DNA of 25,434 bases. It comes from Gemmatimonadota bacterium. GTDB taxonomy: Bacteria > Gemmatimonadota > Gemmatimonadetes > Palauibacterales > Palauibacteraceae. The position numbers and the translations under genes were made by a program. The stretch lies in assembly GCA_046758745.1 (NCBI GenBank), contig JBHIAV010000042.1:1-25434 (forward strand). The letters are read 5' to 3'. The notes under the pieces are model-generated. The model had not been told where the DNA came from. It saw only the letters and a program-made list of their open reading frames with translations, and did not search any database. Numbering within the stretch: the stretch's first letter is position 1; every line of letters begins with the position of its first letter. Of this stretch, positions 25,264 to 25,434 are shown piece after piece.

Positions 25264-25434
25264 CCCGCCTCGCGGCGGTTCCGACCCGAAGACATCCCCC
25301 CCGTGGAGAGCCAGGACCGACGCGGCACAGGCTCGCCGCCGCGCTATTGAGCGCCGCGGCAACTTCCCCGTGCCGGATCCCCACTCGCGAAAGGCCGGCG
25401 CATCCTCCACCACATCACCGGGTCGGATCGCCGA

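Noticed and set aside
25204-25413. 70-aa N-terminal extension of the CsoR-like ORF
   Set aside because: It spans the promoter/operator, and a strong RBS precedes ATG 25203.
1-25434. CRISPR array, IS elements, rRNA, riboswitch
   Set aside because: No regularly spaced repeats, transposase motifs, terminal inverted repeats or recognisable structured-RNA signatures were seen by eye.

Overview
High-GC bacterial DNA; a Gemmatimonadota-like host is a tentative impression only. The window has two halves. Left half (1-14.4 kb): a partial aldehyde dehydrogenase and an enoyl-CoA hydratase; an nfeD-floA-(yqfB-like) flotillin operon; a translationally coupled phenolic-lipid cluster (type III PKS, ICMT-type methyltransferase, ACP, fatty acyl-AMP ligase, FAD oxidoreductase) directly downstream of rtcB; then a phosphoribosyltransferase, a small hypothetical, a SURF1-family gene and tRNA-Asn(GTT). 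Right half (14.4-25.4 kb): a heavy-metal region of two convergent units. Unit 1 is a MerR-family regulator with a ZntR-like 20-bp-spacer promoter. It drives an atypical YPC-motif P1B-ATPase, two putative outer-membrane beta-barrels, a Cys-free ArsP/DUF318-like permease and two secreted HMA proteins that share a 146-bp identical tract. Unit 2 is a mercury-resistance-type unit (merT, HMA lipoprotein, unknown membrane protein, merA) headed by a CsoR/RcnR-family repressor, with two CsoR-type ATACCC-N4-GGG(T/C)AT boxes. The strongest novelty candidates are the apparently CsoR-controlled mer operon and the barrel/HMA/permease/YPC-ATPase module. All family calls come from motif recognition by eye; no database searches were run.
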